Shown one piece after another: positions 24,518-35,012 of a DNA stretch of 64,000 bases. The position numbers were made by a program, and so were the translations under genes. How positions within the stretch are numbered: position 1 is the first letter of the stretch; every line of letters starts with the position of its first letter. The notes under the pieces are model-generated. The model was given only the letters and a program-made list of their open reading frames with translations, had not been told where the DNA came from and did not search any database. Source of the DNA: Candidatus Microgenomates bacterium (GTDB lineage Bacteria > Patescibacteriota > Microgenomatia > UBA8517); the NCBI GenBank assembly GCA_049523135.1, contig JBEKNE010000001.1, positions 542,809 through 606,808 of the forward strand, written 5' to 3'.

Positions 24518-25093
24518 TCAAGAGGAATCGGGGAGTCTGAAAAGATAAGAAGTGGCCTTGCCCGCATTTCCTCTGCGGTGGGAAAATAAAGTTTTATCCT
24601 CAAAAGTGCAATTTTCGTCAATCTGAATATTACTTTCACTAACTCCAAATTTAGTTAATTGTTCTCCGGCAATTTCTCCCAAATCAAGATAGATCTTTTC
24701 CTTTACCTTTTTAATTGCTTTTGGGTAATTTTTAAATTTGTTGTAAACATCGCTTTTAATTTCGTAGTGTTTTTGACAAATATGCGGACCAATAAAAACA
24801 AAGATGTCTTCTGGATTTGCACCAAATTTTTTATTCATCAAGTTGATAGCGTTTTTGATTATTCCTTTATATAAACCCCGCCAACCGGCATGCACCAAAC
24901 CAATACTATTAGTAGAAGGGTTATAGAAAAAAATCGGCAAACAGTCGGCAACTGAGATTTTTAAAATAACTTCCGGTGAGTTAGTGATAAGTCCGTCACA
25001 ATTTTTAATTATCCGTCCCGCATCTTTTTTACCAACGCAAACCACTTTTACTTCGTGCACCTGTTGCATTCCAATTACATTTAACGTGGCCAT
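24518..25093 (-). CDS. pgeF: YfiH/PgeF (laccase-like purine nucleoside phosphorylase) family protein
   Basis: QQVH, DGLIT, VADCLP, VHAGWRG, IGPHI, FSHRR. Confidence 0.9.
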   Translation of the reverse strand: MATLNVIGMQQVHEVKVVCVGKKDAGRIIKNCDGLITNSPEVILKISVADCLPIFFYNPSTNSIGLVHAGWRGLYKGIIKNAINLMNKKFGANPEDIFVFIGPHICQKHYEIKSDVYNKFKNYPKAIKKVKEKIYLDLGEIAGEQLTKFGVSESNIQIDENCTFEDKTLFSHRRGNAGKATSYLFRLPDSS

Positions 25094-25162
25094 TGACAAA
25101 TTATATACATTTTCTAAAATATGCGTAGGACTCAAGAAAAGAGTCCTTTATATTTACAGAAA

Positions 25163-27268
25163 ATGTTCGCGACAAGCTCATTTTTAACAATAATCTTAAG
25201 CACAGCAATTGCCGCAATTATGGTTGCTTTGGGTTTAGCAAAATACGCTCTCGGTAAAGAAAAGGGAAGTCCCGAAATGGAAGAAGTTAGTAAGGCAGTC
25301 CAGGAAGGTGCCAATGCATACCTCAAAAGACAGTTCAAAACAATAGCTCCAATAATTGTAATTCTGGCGATATTCATTTATATAAGCGCCCCTGCCGGTT
25401 CTCCCGCCTTGGGCAGAACCTTGGCATTTCTTATGGGGGCAGTCTTCTCGGCAACCATTGGCACGATAGGGATGAATATTGCAACAAGGTCAAATGTTAA
25501 AGTTGCCCAAGCTGCTACCAAAAGCTTCGGAGATGCCCTATCCCTTGCCCTTAAGGCCGGAGCGACAACCGGAATGCTAACTGTAGGTCTGGGACTTCTG
25601 GGAGCTACTTTAATCTATTGGCACTATGGAGGAATGGCAACGGAGGTTCTGATTGGATTCGGTTTCGGGGGAAGCTTACTGGCTCTTTTCATGAGGGTAG
25701 GCGGAGGAATTTACACCAAAGCGGCTGACGTCGGGGCAGACTTGGTGGGAAAAGTTGAAAAAGACATTCCCGAGGACGATCCCAGAAACGCGGCGGTAAT
25801 TGCCGATCAGGTTGGAGATAACGTCGGGGATTGTGCCGGAATGGCCGCGGATATTTTCGAGTCATATGAAGTAACTCTTGTTGCTGCCATGATTTTGGGT
25901 ACGGCAACTTTCGGAATTGCTGGGGTTCTTTTCCCTCTGGCCGTCAGGGCACTGGGTATCGGAACCTCAATGTTGGGAATTTTTAGCATCAGTCCCAAAA
26001 ACAAAAACTCAATTAAGGATGGCATGAATGCAATTCTCAAGGGGTTTGGTGTGGCAAGTGTTGTTTCCATTGCCGGGTTTATTGCCCTTTCCTACCTCTT
26101 CACCCATGACTGGAGACTGGCAGCTGCTTCCACCTTGGGTATTATTCTTGCGGTTGCCATATTCCTTCTTACCGACTACGCCACGGGTGATCATAAACCG
26201 GTTAAAGAAATCGTCAGACAGGCTCAAACCGGTCCGGCTACTGTAATTTTGTCAGGACTTACAAACGGATTTTCCTCGACAGTCTGGGCAATTCTGGCCA
26301 TCGGAGTTACAATTCTTGTTTCCTTCCTTCTTTTCAGTAATCCTTTAATGGCGGCTTACGGAGTGGCACTGGCCGGAATGGGGATGCTGACAACTACCGG
26401 ACTTATTGTTTCCATGGATTCATACGGACCAATTTCGGATAACGCCCAGGGAATTTCGGAGCTTGCCGCAATGAAGGGCAAAGCGCTGGGCATTCTTAAC
26501 AAACTCGACTCAATAGGAAATACCACAAAAGCCACAACTAAAGGTTTTGCGATTGCTTCAGCCGTAATCGCTGCAGTTTCGCTTTTTGAATCGTACCTCG
26601 ACAGTTCTCACTTAAGCGGAATAAATATTGCCCATCCGCTGGTTTTCGTAGGATTCCTAATAGGGGGTGCTCTGCCGTTCCTCTTCTCCAGTCTGACAAT
26701 TAAGGCCGTTTCCGATTCCTGTTTCGCGATAATCAAGGAAGTAAGGCGACAATTTAAGGAAATGCCGGGTATCATGAAGAGAACCCAAAAACCCGATTAT
26801 GCAAGAGTAGTGGATATGACCACCAAAGCGGCACTTTCGGCTCTCGCGGCCCCGGCTCTTATTGCAATTGTCGTCCCGATCTTGGTTGGGGTTATGCTCC
26901 ATGCGGAAGCCCTCGGAGGATATCTTGCCGGAGCGATTCTAACAGGTCAGCTCCTGGCCGTATTTATGAGCAACGCGGGCGGAGCCTGGGACAATGCCAA
27001 AAAGATGGTTGAGGCAAGGGAAGTTAACGGAAAAGGAAGCGATGAACATAAAGCCACGGTTGTGGGTGATACGGTCGGGGATCCTCTAAAAGATACTGCC
27101 GGTCCCGCTTTAAATCCTTTGATCAAGGTCATGAATTTGGTAGCGCTTTTGGCCGCACCGGTTATAATTTCCATTAAAGGGTTTGGTTTACTTTACTGGG
27201 CAATTGTCATAGTAGGCTTCGGAATTGTGATTTACTCCCTAGTCAGATCTCAAAAAGCAGTAGCTTAA
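25163..27268 (+). CDS. hppA: Membrane-bound H+-translocating pyrophosphatase, K+-independent signature
   Basis: GGGIYTKAADVGADLVGKVE, EDDPRN, DNVGD, GNTTKA (Lys variant), GDTVGDPLKDTAGP. Confidence 0.95.
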   Translation: MFATSSFLTIILSTAIAAIMVALGLAKYALGKEKGSPEMEEVSKAVQEGANAYLKRQFKTIAPIIVILAIFIYISAPAGSPALGRTLAFLMGAVFSATIGTIGMNIATRSNVKVAQAATKSFGDALSLALKAGATTGMLTVGLGLLGATLIYWHYGGMATEVLIGFGFGGSLLALFMRVGGGIYTKAADVGADLVGKVEKDIPEDDPRNAAVIADQVGDNVGDCAGMAADIFESYEVTLVAAMILGTATFGIAGVLFPLAVRALGIGTSMLGIFSISPKNKNSIKDGMNAILKGFGVASVVSIAGFIALSYLFTHDWRLAAASTLGIILAVAIFLLTDYATGDHKPVKEIVRQAQTGPATVILSGLTNGFSSTVWAILAIGVTILVSFLLFSNPLMAAYGVALAGMGMLTTTGLIVSMDSYGPISDNAQGISELAAMKGKALGILNKLDSIGNTTKATTKGFAIASAVIAAVSLFESYLDSSHLSGINIAHPLVFVGFLIGGALPFLFSSLTIKAVSDSCFAIIKEVRRQFKEMPGIMKRTQKPDYARVVDMTTKAALSALAAPALIAIVVPILVGVMLHAEALGGYLAGAILTGQLLAVFMSNAGGAWDNAKKMVEAREVNGKGSDEHKATVVGDTVGDPLKDTAGPALNPLIKVMNLVALLAAPVIISIKGFGLLYWAIVIVGFGIVIYSLVRSQKAVA

Positions 27269-27460
27269 GACACTGTCAAACTCCTGGCTTTCGCCAAAGA
27301 ACAAAAATTTATATTCAAGCTATATAATCGTGGCACAGAAAATACCGAAGAACTATAAATCAATATAAATACTGAAATTTAATCCCAATAATTATCATTA
27401 AGTCTTCAATATTAATAAAACGGTATCTTTTTATTCCAAAAAATAGGCTTTTTATACTTC

Positions 27461-27608
27461 TTGACAAAGCATCTCATAATCGGTATTTTAAATCTATTAG
27501 TTAATCGCTCTCTGCCCTTGGTGTTCAGTTTCTAATGCAAACTAAAACATTACCATTTAGTTTAATTAAATTACAAAGGACATTTCTTTTTTGAAGTGTC
27601 CTTTTTTT
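27461..27608 (+). promoter_or_regulatory. Sigma-70 promoter and structured leader ending in an intrinsic-terminator-like hairpin
   Basis: TTGACA at 27461; hairpin AAAGGACATTTC-T6-GAAGTGTCCTTT plus T-run at 27575-27608, upstream of the SD of the 27654 gene. Confidence 0.6.
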
Positions 27609-27653
27609 GTTTCATTAAACAAAAGCATAAATAGAAAGGGGGTGAATATATAA

Positions 27654-28085
27654 ATGAAAAAAGTTTTAAGTGTCGTCGCAGCAGGAGCTTTGCTCTTTAG
27701 TGTAGCGGGTGTAGTTTTTGCAGCTCGCAGCATAACAACCCAAAATAACATGGGTACATTAACCGTTGTTGGTTCAGTTGCTGTTAGCAATTCCGGACTC
27801 AACTTTCAGAAAGATAATGGTTTCAAGGTTATGTCAACCGGAAATACAGCCGCTGTAAGCGGAGTACAATCTGTTGCTAATCAAAACGGTAAAGGACTTG
27901 GGGTTGGTACAACCACCCAAACCAATACTAAAACAGGGACTCTTGTCTTATCTGTGGCAGCAAGCAATTCCGGATTAAATGGTCAATCCGGAACTGGCTC
28001 CGTCATGCATACAGGTGATGCAGGAAGTAGTTCCACTGTTTATTCATGGGCAAACATAAATCTTAGCGGAGTAACACTCGAATAA
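27654..28085 (+). CDS. Secreted two-repeat N/Q/T/G-rich protein (candidate fibre subunit)
   Basis: Strong SD GGGGTGA, Sec signal ending VFA, two ~53-aa repeats SNSGLN.Q...M.TG.....AN.N. Confidence 0.8.
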   Translation: MKKVLSVVAAGALLFSVAGVVFAARSITTQNNMGTLTVVGSVAVSNSGLNFQKDNGFKVMSTGNTAAVSGVQSVANQNGKGLGVGTTTQTNTKTGTLVLSVAASNSGLNGQSGTGSVMHTGDAGSSSTVYSWANINLSGVTLE

Positions 28086-28098
28086 GATTTATTCCATC

Positions 28099-28131
28099 TG
28101 GGGGCGGTCGCCTTCGGGCGACCCGCCACCA
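28099..28131 (+). terminator. GC-rich UUCG-capped hairpin between the first and second genes of the locus
   Basis: GGCGGTCGCC-TTCG-GGCGACCCGCC with only a short T-tract. Confidence 0.6.
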
Positions 28132-28169
28132 TTTGGTAGTTAATCATTCTGCCTTTAGAAAGAAATATT

Positions 28170-30263
28170 TTGAAAAAGTTTTTAAAAATTTTGGTCTTAA
28201 CTCTTGCCCTCTGGCAGGCTTTATTTGGTCCTGTTTCTCTTTCTTTGGTTTACGCCCAGGATGATACTTCCAGTTCAACTCCAACCGATACACCAACATC
28301 AACCCCGACCTCTACTCCCGACCAAACTATGGTTACCGGAGACGCTTCAGCCTCGGCAGATTCACAGACAGATTCGAATATTTCCGATATTTCTACTACA
28401 CCCACACCAAGTCCGACCGATGAACCAACACCGATAGATACTTCTACTCCTGATGCTACAGAATCGGCGACATCCGTCATTGATGCCACAGGTTCGGCAA
28501 CTTTAGACCCGGAAGCGACTTCATCAACCACCCCAACTCTAACACCATCCGATATCTCCGTTGATCAATCCAGAGCAGTTACAACAAACACGGCCTCAAT
28601 TGCCAATTCCGGTAATAATACCCAACAAAATGAAAACGCTTCCGGAAGCGCAACCATGACAACAGGGGATGCTGGAAGTTCCAGTAGTTCCATAACAGTC
28701 ACAAACCTTTCCACTATCGACTCCAACCTGGTAACAACTGTCCAAAATATTTTAACTTCAAATAACAATGATGTTGATCTTTACCAATTACTGGAATCTG
28801 CCGTTGCCCAAAATCCCAATCTTATTCCGGCAAATACCAATATAACCGTTACCCAAAACGCAAATGTTAGCACCAATACCGTTGCGGAAAGCAACACGGG
28901 AGAAAATAGTCAGAGCTCGGACTCAGCTGGTATGCAAACGGGTGACGCCACATCGGTTGCCTCAGCAATTAATGCAACCAATCTTAATCTTGTTGGTTCA
29001 AATGCGGTTTTATTTATTATCAACATCTTGGGAGATTATTCAGGAAATATTATTTTACCGGACGGCAAAACTGTTTCTTTAGTCTCTCTGGGACTAGGGA
29101 ATGTTAATGTTAATTCCAACCAAAGCGCGGATGTTAATGCAAATACCGAGGCAGGCGCAAACTCAGGAAACAATAATCAAACCGGCGGCAGCACAGAAAT
29201 GACAACAGGTACCGCGGTAAGTACTTCCAACTCAAATTCTTTTGTCAATCTTGTTCAAATCGGCGGAGGTTGGGGATATGTTGTAATAAATAACTCGGGA
29301 AGCTGGACCGGAAACCTAATCGGTTGGACCGCTCCGGGATCTACCCAAACTTTGCCCCAGGGAACTACAAATTTAGCAGAGAGTTCACAATCAAATACAA
29401 ACGGAGAAACAGGAACAACAAATATTACTTCTAATCAAACTGCAAATGTTTCCACCAACGTTTCGGCGGATGCCAATACCGGTAGTAATAATCAAACCGG
29501 CGAGAGTCTTAATTTAACTACCGGTAATGCTTTTTCTCTTGCAAATAATTTTACCCTGGCAAATATTACAGGTGTCGGCGCAAACCTTTTCTTTGGAATA
29601 ATAAATATATTTGGAAATTGGACGGGAAACCTAACCAAAGGCCCCTATACCCCACCTGCAAGTGATCCTCCGGCAGATTCCGCTCAAACTGATAATTCTT
29701 CACCCGATACACGTACACCCGATTTACAAATTACAACAACAAACAATGTGGGGAAGTTTGTTTATCCCGGTGATACTGTTCTTGCAAATATTACTGTAGT
29801 AAATCAAAGCGCGTTTACAGCACATAATGTTGAAGTAAAAGGTCAGCTAACTAACGACCACCCTATGCCGGCAATTCCAATGGATTGGAAAGTGGGAGAT
29901 CTCAGACCGGGTGGAAAAGCCAAAATCAATTTTTCTATTACCCTTACCTCCAATTTACCAGCGGGTCAGTATAATATTTCAGCAACAGCAATAGGAGACA
30001 GCGAAAGCGGAGACGCAGTCTCAGTGGATTCAAACAGTTCTTTCTGGGTCAGAGTCAAAGGCGCAATTGCAGAGATCACCAGTCCGTCCGTTCTTGCTGA
30101 ATCTCCGATAAATGAAGATGAAAATGTCCTGGGAATTGAAACTTCGAAACCAACTCTTGACATTAATAAATACTTGCCCTATATTCTGGCTAGTCTTGCC
30201 GCTGCCTATTTGCTGATACTTTTTGCCAGAAGAAAGTTGGAAGAAAATGAAAAGAATAAATAA
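28170..30263 (+). CDS. Secreted repeat protein with a DUF11-like Ig domain and C-terminal membrane anchor
   Basis: Signal peptide, T/P/D stalk, four copies of the same repeat as 27654, PDLQIT..PGDTV..ITVVN..WKVGDLRPG, VLG, TM and basic tail. Confidence 0.8.
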   Translation: MKKFLKILVLTLALWQALFGPVSLSLVYAQDDTSSSTPTDTPTSTPTSTPDQTMVTGDASASADSQTDSNISDISTTPTPSPTDEPTPIDTSTPDATESATSVIDATGSATLDPEATSSTTPTLTPSDISVDQSRAVTTNTASIANSGNNTQQNENASGSATMTTGDAGSSSSSITVTNLSTIDSNLVTTVQNILTSNNNDVDLYQLLESAVAQNPNLIPANTNITVTQNANVSTNTVAESNTGENSQSSDSAGMQTGDATSVASAINATNLNLVGSNAVLFIINILGDYSGNIILPDGKTVSLVSLGLGNVNVNSNQSADVNANTEAGANSGNNNQTGGSTEMTTGTAVSTSNSNSFVNLVQIGGGWGYVVINNSGSWTGNLIGWTAPGSTQTLPQGTTNLAESSQSNTNGETGTTNITSNQTANVSTNVSADANTGSNNQTGESLNLTTGNAFSLANNFTLANITGVGANLFFGIINIFGNWTGNLTKGPYTPPASDPPADSAQTDNSSPDTRTPDLQITTTNNVGKFVYPGDTVLANITVVNQSAFTAHNVEVKGQLTNDHPMPAIPMDWKVGDLRPGGKAKINFSITLTSNLPAGQYNISATAIGDSESGDAVSVDSNSSFWVRVKGAIAEITSPSVLAESPINEDENVLGIETSKPTLDINKYLPYILASLAAAYLLILFARRKLEENEKNK

Positions 30264-30918
30264 AGCAGCTATCGTTTTTACACTTCTTTTTATTGCTTCA
30301 TTGGGTTTAGTTGGAAAAGTAAACGCAAGTATAATAAATACTTTAAACATAACTATTCAAAACCCGCCAACCCCTCCGACTCCTCCTAAAAAACCCGAAC
30401 CTCCGCTCCCTCCAAATTTACCTACTCCTACACCTAAAGCAACTTCAACGCCGGTTCCGACGTCAAATACGACATCGACTTCAACATCAGGCGGCGGAGG
30501 AAGTGCCCCAAGTTGTAATGCAGCAAAACCCGGAACTCCCGTTATTTATAGTGAGATAAGAAAAGGGACGAGCGAAATTTTAACCTGGTCAAGTGTACCC
30601 AACGCAACATACTATTCAATTATTTACGGAGAAATAAACGGTCAATATCCATATGGTGTACCAAACACGGGAAATGTGACCTCATACACGATTAACGATT
30701 TGAAACTTGGTACAGCCTATCACTTTAAAGTTAATGCCGTTAATGATTGTATGCCGGGAGATTCCGGAGTACTAGGCAGCGGACAAGTTTTAGGTGCTTC
30801 CACAATGGCAGGGACAGGTACCTTTGAACAAAACATCTTCTTAGCTATAATGGGATTTGGTGGTATCATTTCACTTTTCGGTATCAAAAACTTCAAGAAA
30901 GCTTTTAGTAAAGCTTAA
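30247..30918 (+). CDS. Pro-rich fibronectin type III protein with an LPXTG-like sorting signal
   Basis: Signal peptide, PPTPPTPP, FN3 (LTWSSV..YSIIYG..YTINDL..YHFKVNAVN), VLGASTMAGTG then TM then KNFKK. Confidence 0.8.
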   Translation: MKRINKAAIVFTLLFIASLGLVGKVNASIINTLNITIQNPPTPPTPPKKPEPPLPPNLPTPTPKATSTPVPTSNTTSTSTSGGGGSAPSCNAAKPGTPVIYSEIRKGTSEILTWSSVPNATYYSIIYGEINGQYPYGVPNTGNVTSYTINDLKLGTAYHFKVNAVNDCMPGDSGVLGSGQVLGASTMAGTGTFEQNIFLAIMGFGGIISLFGIKNFKKAFSKA

Positions 30919-31486
30919 AAAGCTTATCCCCAAAAAGCCAAGGTCAAAGAAAAAAAGAATACTTCTTAGAAATTCCTTAATTTTTATTTCTCTGGGTTTA
31001 ATTGTGACGATCTTCGGCGGGGTAAACTACTATAGGGTCAGGACGCTTTCTTTCAACTCGGTTCCTCCCGAAGTAAAAACTGCAACAAAAAACATTGATA
31101 TACCCGTTGAGATTATGATTCCTTCCATAAAAATTGATTTGCCGGTAGACCCGGGTGAAATCGATAACGGTGTTTGGAAAGTTTCAGCCGCCAACGCTAC
31201 TTTTCTTTCAACTTCCGCAGCTCCGGGGAACAGAGGCAACACGGTTATTTACGGACATAATCTGAAAGCAATTTTTGGTAATCTTCCGTACTTAAGCGTC
31301 GGACAAAAAATAATTATTAAAACAAAAAGCGGAAAAATTTATAATTATGTTGCCTCACAAAAATATTTTGTCGGTCCCGACAGGACCGATTTGGTTTCAC
31401 CAACAATTAAAGAAGAGCTGACAATCTACACCTGTTGGGGAGTTTTTGACAGTCAAAGGGCTGTTATTAAAGCCAGCCCAATTTAA
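30857..31486 (+). CDS. Sortase family protein
   Basis: N-terminal TM; IPSIKID; catalytic His (YGHN), Cys (LTIYTC), Arg (QRAVIKA); exact start uncertain. Confidence 0.92.
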   Translation: MVVSFHFSVSKTSRKLLVKLKKLIPKKPRSKKKRILLRNSLIFISLGLIVTIFGGVNYYRVRTLSFNSVPPEVKTATKNIDIPVEIMIPSIKIDLPVDPGEIDNGVWKVSAANATFLSTSAAPGNRGNTVIYGHNLKAIFGNLPYLSVGQKIIIKTKSGKIYNYVASQKYFVGPDRTDLVSPTIKEELTIYTCWGVFDSQRAVIKASPI

Positions 31487-31572
31487 CTCGGTTTTTCCAT
31501 CTTCCCATTGCTTCTAATGGGCATAAAGACTAAAATGTATTGAGGCTGAATTAGCCTCAAATATTTTTTGAA

Positions 31573-34224
31573 ATGAATACAGATATCGGTAAAGTTCTCT
31601 CAACTGAAATAACCTCGGAACTCTCAACTTCTTACTTGGATTATGCAATGAGTGTAATCGTAGCTCGCGCCCTCCCGGACGTCAGGGACGGCCTTAAGCC
31701 GGTCCACAGACGCATCCTCTACGCAATGCACCTTATGGGGCTCCATTTCTCCCAATCAGGCACCACAAAGAGCGCCAAGGTCGTGGGAGAAGTCCTCGGA
31801 AAATACCATCCGCACGGAGATATGGCAGTTTATGATGCAATGGTCCGCTTGGCACAAACTTTTTCAATGCGCTATCCCTTAGTCCACGGACAGGGAAATT
31901 TCGGCTCCGTTGACGGAGATCCACCGGCAGCCATGCGTTATACGGAGGTTAAGCTGGCAAAAGCCGCCGATGCAATGCTTGCCGATATGGAAAAAGAGAC
32001 CGTTGACGTTGTTGATAATTTTGATGCCACTCTCAAAGAACCGGTTTACCTTCCCGCACTTCTTCCAAACTTGCTTTTGATGGGTTCCGAAGGAATTGCG
32101 GTCGGAATGGCAACCAAAATCCCGACTCATAATTTAAGCGAAGTTGTGGACGCTATCGTTGCAATGATAGAGGCGGGAAGAGTCACCAAAAATCAGGCGG
32201 TTGAAGGAACCGAAATAAAAACCAATGAAGAACACGCTGATTTTATTATTAAAAAGATTAATTTGGTTGCCTCGGGCGCCGAGAAAGCTTTAACTCAGGA
32301 AGAAGTTAACCCCAGTGAAATCAGTTTTGAAAGCGACATTACGATCGATGATCTTATTAAATACATTCCGGGTCCGGATTTCCCGACAGGCGGTGCAATT
32401 TATAATGCCGCATCTTTAAGCGAAGTTTATTCAACTGGCCGCGGAAAAATTGTTGTCAGGGGAATTGCCGAAATTACGGAAGGAGCCAAAGGCAAACAGC
32501 AAATTGTAATTACAGAACTCCCGTATCAAGTAAATAAAGCCGAACTTGTGGCTAAAATTGCAGATCTTGTCAAAGACAAAAAGATTGTGGGTATTTCGGA
32601 TCTCCGGGATGAGTCCGACAAAGACGGAATGAGGGTTGTAGTTGACCTGAAGCGGGACGCCAAACCGAAAGCAGTTCTAAACAATATCTTCAAACATACA
32701 AAACTTCAAACCAGTTTCCCCGCAAATTTTGTCGCACTTGTTGACGGAACACCTCATACCCTTAACCTCAAACAAATTTTAATTGAGTATGTAAAGCATA
32801 GACAAAAAGTTGTAACGAGAAGAACCATTTTTGATTTAACCGAAGCCAAGAAGCGAGCCCATATTTTGGAAGGGCTTAAAATTGCACTCGACAATCTTGA
32901 TGCCGTTATTAAAACGATAAGGGAAAGCAGAACTCAGGAAGATGCCAAGAAAAATTTAATTAGCCGGTTTGGTTTAAGCGAAATTCAGGCAACGGCAATA
33001 CTTGATATGCAACTAAGGCGCTTGGCCGCACTTGAACGCGAAAAAATAGAAAAGGAATATGAAGAAATAGAAAAGCTGATCAGTGAACTGACTGCAATTT
33101 TAAGAGATCCGAAAAAAGTTTTGGATATAATTGTTACTGAAATTAAAGAACTCAAAGAAAAATATGGGGACGGGCGCCGAACCAAAATTTATAAGCATGC
33201 TGTCGGGGAATTCAGCGAGGAAGATCTGGTTGCCAAGGAGGAAACTTTAATCACCGTAACCAAGACGGGTTATGTCAAAAGACTTTCCGCAAGCGCTTAC
33301 AGGGCCCAGAGGAGGGGAGGCAAAGGGGTAATCGGAATGACCACCAAAGAAGAAGATGAAATTGAACACCTCGTCGACGCCACAACTCATGATACTATCC
33401 TATTCTTTACAAATAAAGGCCGTGTTTTTGGTATTAAAGCTTGGGAAATTCCTGAAAGCTCACGACAGGCAAAGGGACAAGCTCTCGTCAACCTTCTAAA
33501 CCTTGAACAGGATGAAGAGATAAGGTCAATTCTTCCTCTTTCCAAAGAATCCGGTATTAAACACTTGATTATGGCAACCAAAACCGGAGTAATTAAAAAA
33601 ACATCAATAAGCGAATTTGATAATTTAAGAGCTTCGGGACTTATTGCAATAAAACTAAGAACTGATGACCAGCTTATTTCGGTTCATCCGACTACGGGAG
33701 ACGATCACATTATCCTTTTAACCAGAAATGCTAAATCAATAAGATTTCCGGAAGCAAATGTACGGCCAATGGGTAGGGCAACAACCGGAGTAACCGGAAT
33801 AAAACTCGAGAGCGGAGACGAACTTATCGGTATGGAAGTTTTTCCCGGAAAAGAATCAATTCCGGCCGATAAAAGAAGAAAATATTTCAGGGATATTCTT
33901 ACAATTGCCGAGAAAGGTCTTGGGAAGCGTACACCAATCCATCTTTTCCCCGTTCAAAAAAGGGCAGGCAAAGGAGTTAAAGCAGCGGTAGTCAGTCCCA
34001 AAACGGGGAATCTAAAGCTGGCAATTATGGTTACACAAAATTTCGATCAGGTGGTAATAACCAGCAGAATGGGACAGGTGATTAAGCTTCCCTTGAAAAA
34101 TCTTCCTCAACTCGGGCGCGCTACACAGGGAGTTATCCTCATGCGCTTTGCCGATAAAGATGATTCTGTTGCCGCCGCCGCCGTATTGGAAAAGGGAGGA
34201 GAAGACGAGGAAGAAACTTCATAA
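31573..34224 (+). CDS. gyrA: DNA gyrase subunit A
   Basis: [31 protein letters not shown], GyrA-box QRRGGKG, beta-pinwheel repeats. Confidence 0.97.
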   Translation: MNTDIGKVLSTEITSELSTSYLDYAMSVIVARALPDVRDGLKPVHRRILYAMHLMGLHFSQSGTTKSAKVVGEVLGKYHPHGDMAVYDAMVRLAQTFSMRYPLVHGQGNFGSVDGDPPAAMRYTEVKLAKAADAMLADMEKETVDVVDNFDATLKEPVYLPALLPNLLLMGSEGIAVGMATKIPTHNLSEVVDAIVAMIEAGRVTKNQAVEGTEIKTNEEHADFIIKKINLVASGAEKALTQEEVNPSEISFESDITIDDLIKYIPGPDFPTGGAIYNAASLSEVYSTGRGKIVVRGIAEITEGAKGKQQIVITELPYQVNKAELVAKIADLVKDKKIVGISDLRDESDKDGMRVVVDLKRDAKPKAVLNNIFKHTKLQTSFPANFVALVDGTPHTLNLKQILIEYVKHRQKVVTRRTIFDLTEAKKRAHILEGLKIALDNLDAVIKTIRESRTQEDAKKNLISRFGLSEIQATAILDMQLRRLAALEREKIEKEYEEIEKLISELTAILRDPKKVLDIIVTEIKELKEKYGDGRRTKIYKHAVGEFSEEDLVAKEETLITVTKTGYVKRLSASAYRAQRRGGKGVIGMTTKEEDEIEHLVDATTHDTILFFTNKGRVFGIKAWEIPESSRQAKGQALVNLLNLEQDEEIRSILPLSKESGIKHLIMATKTGVIKKTSISEFDNLRASGLIAIKLRTDDQLISVHPTTGDDHIILLTRNAKSIRFPEANVRPMGRATTGVTGIKLESGDELIGMEVFPGKESIPADKRRKYFRDILTIAEKGLGKRTPIHLFPVQKRAGKGVKAAVVSPKTGNLKLAIMVTQNFDQVVITSRMGQVIKLPLKNLPQLGRATQGVILMRFADKDDSVAAAAVLEKGGEDEEETS

Positions 34225-34232
34225 CCTATGTT

Positions 34233-34348
34233 TTGACAATGAGCACGTTTTAAACTAAACTTCAACTCTGTCTAAAGCTCTTTAACTTCCGCCAACTGAC
34301 CAAAATTGCGGTCAGATAGTTCAGTTTATTCCCTGAAAGGAGGGAAAA
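34233..34348 (+). promoter_or_regulatory. Promoter with boxA-like element, hairpin and strong SD
   Basis: TTGACA 34233, TAAACT 34256, GCTCTTTAAC 34277-34286, hairpin CTGACC/GGTCAG, AAAGGAGG. Confidence 0.55.
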
Positions 34349-34927
34349 ATGAAAACAAAGCGTTTGTTTATTGTATTATTTGTTTTGATTTTGGGAATAA
34401 TTGTCGGTTGTGCTCCGTCAGCTGCGCAAATTCAAGAGGCGATTGCCGAAACTCAAACTGCAGCGCCGACCATAACTCCGACAAATACCTTACAACCAAC
34501 ATCTACGCCTGTACCAACAACTGTCCCAACCAAAGCCGATATTCCAAATGAATGTTTAACCTTTGAGGCTGTTCAATATGTGCATGATTGGGGTGTACTT
34601 GATGATCGTTTTTCAACAATTTATGCGCAGAGCAATAACACCACCTCCGGTCTTTCAACATATGAAGTTGATATGCAGCAACTAATCCAAGATACAAAAG
34701 CCTTACAACCTCCTGAGTTGTTCAAAGCAATGAACAGTGTCTTCCTTTCCGAAGAAGAAGCTTATCAGAACTTTTTGAATGCCGAAGAAAATGGAGATAC
34801 AAAAACTGCAAATCAAATGATTCAGGAACAAGAAATGTATAACGGGTTAGGCCAGGCAGAGTGGAATAAGATCAATACCTATTGTAATGGTTTTAAACAG
34901 ACAACCGTTGGCGGTAGTAATACATAA
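34349..34927 (+). CDS. Putative lipoprotein with Thr/Pro linker and helical domain
   Basis: Lipobox IVGC, PTITPT linker. Confidence 0.75.
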   Translation: MKTKRLFIVLFVLILGIIVGCAPSAAQIQEAIAETQTAAPTITPTNTLQPTSTPVPTTVPTKADIPNECLTFEAVQYVHDWGVLDDRFSTIYAQSNNTTSGLSTYEVDMQQLIQDTKALQPPELFKAMNSVFLSEEEAYQNFLNAEENGDTKTANQMIQEQEMYNGLGQAEWNKINTYCNGFKQTTVGGSNT

Positions 34928-34943
34928 GAGCAGTTTGTCCCAT

Positions 34944-34982
34944 AAGGGCTATTTTTCTTAATCAAAAGATAGCCCTTTTTTT
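34944..34982 (+). terminator. Intrinsic terminator
   Basis: AAGGGCTAT...ATAGCCCTT followed by a T-run. Confidence 0.8.
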
Positions 34983-35012
34983 ATTTCATAAACATCATAT
35001 ATAATAAAATTG

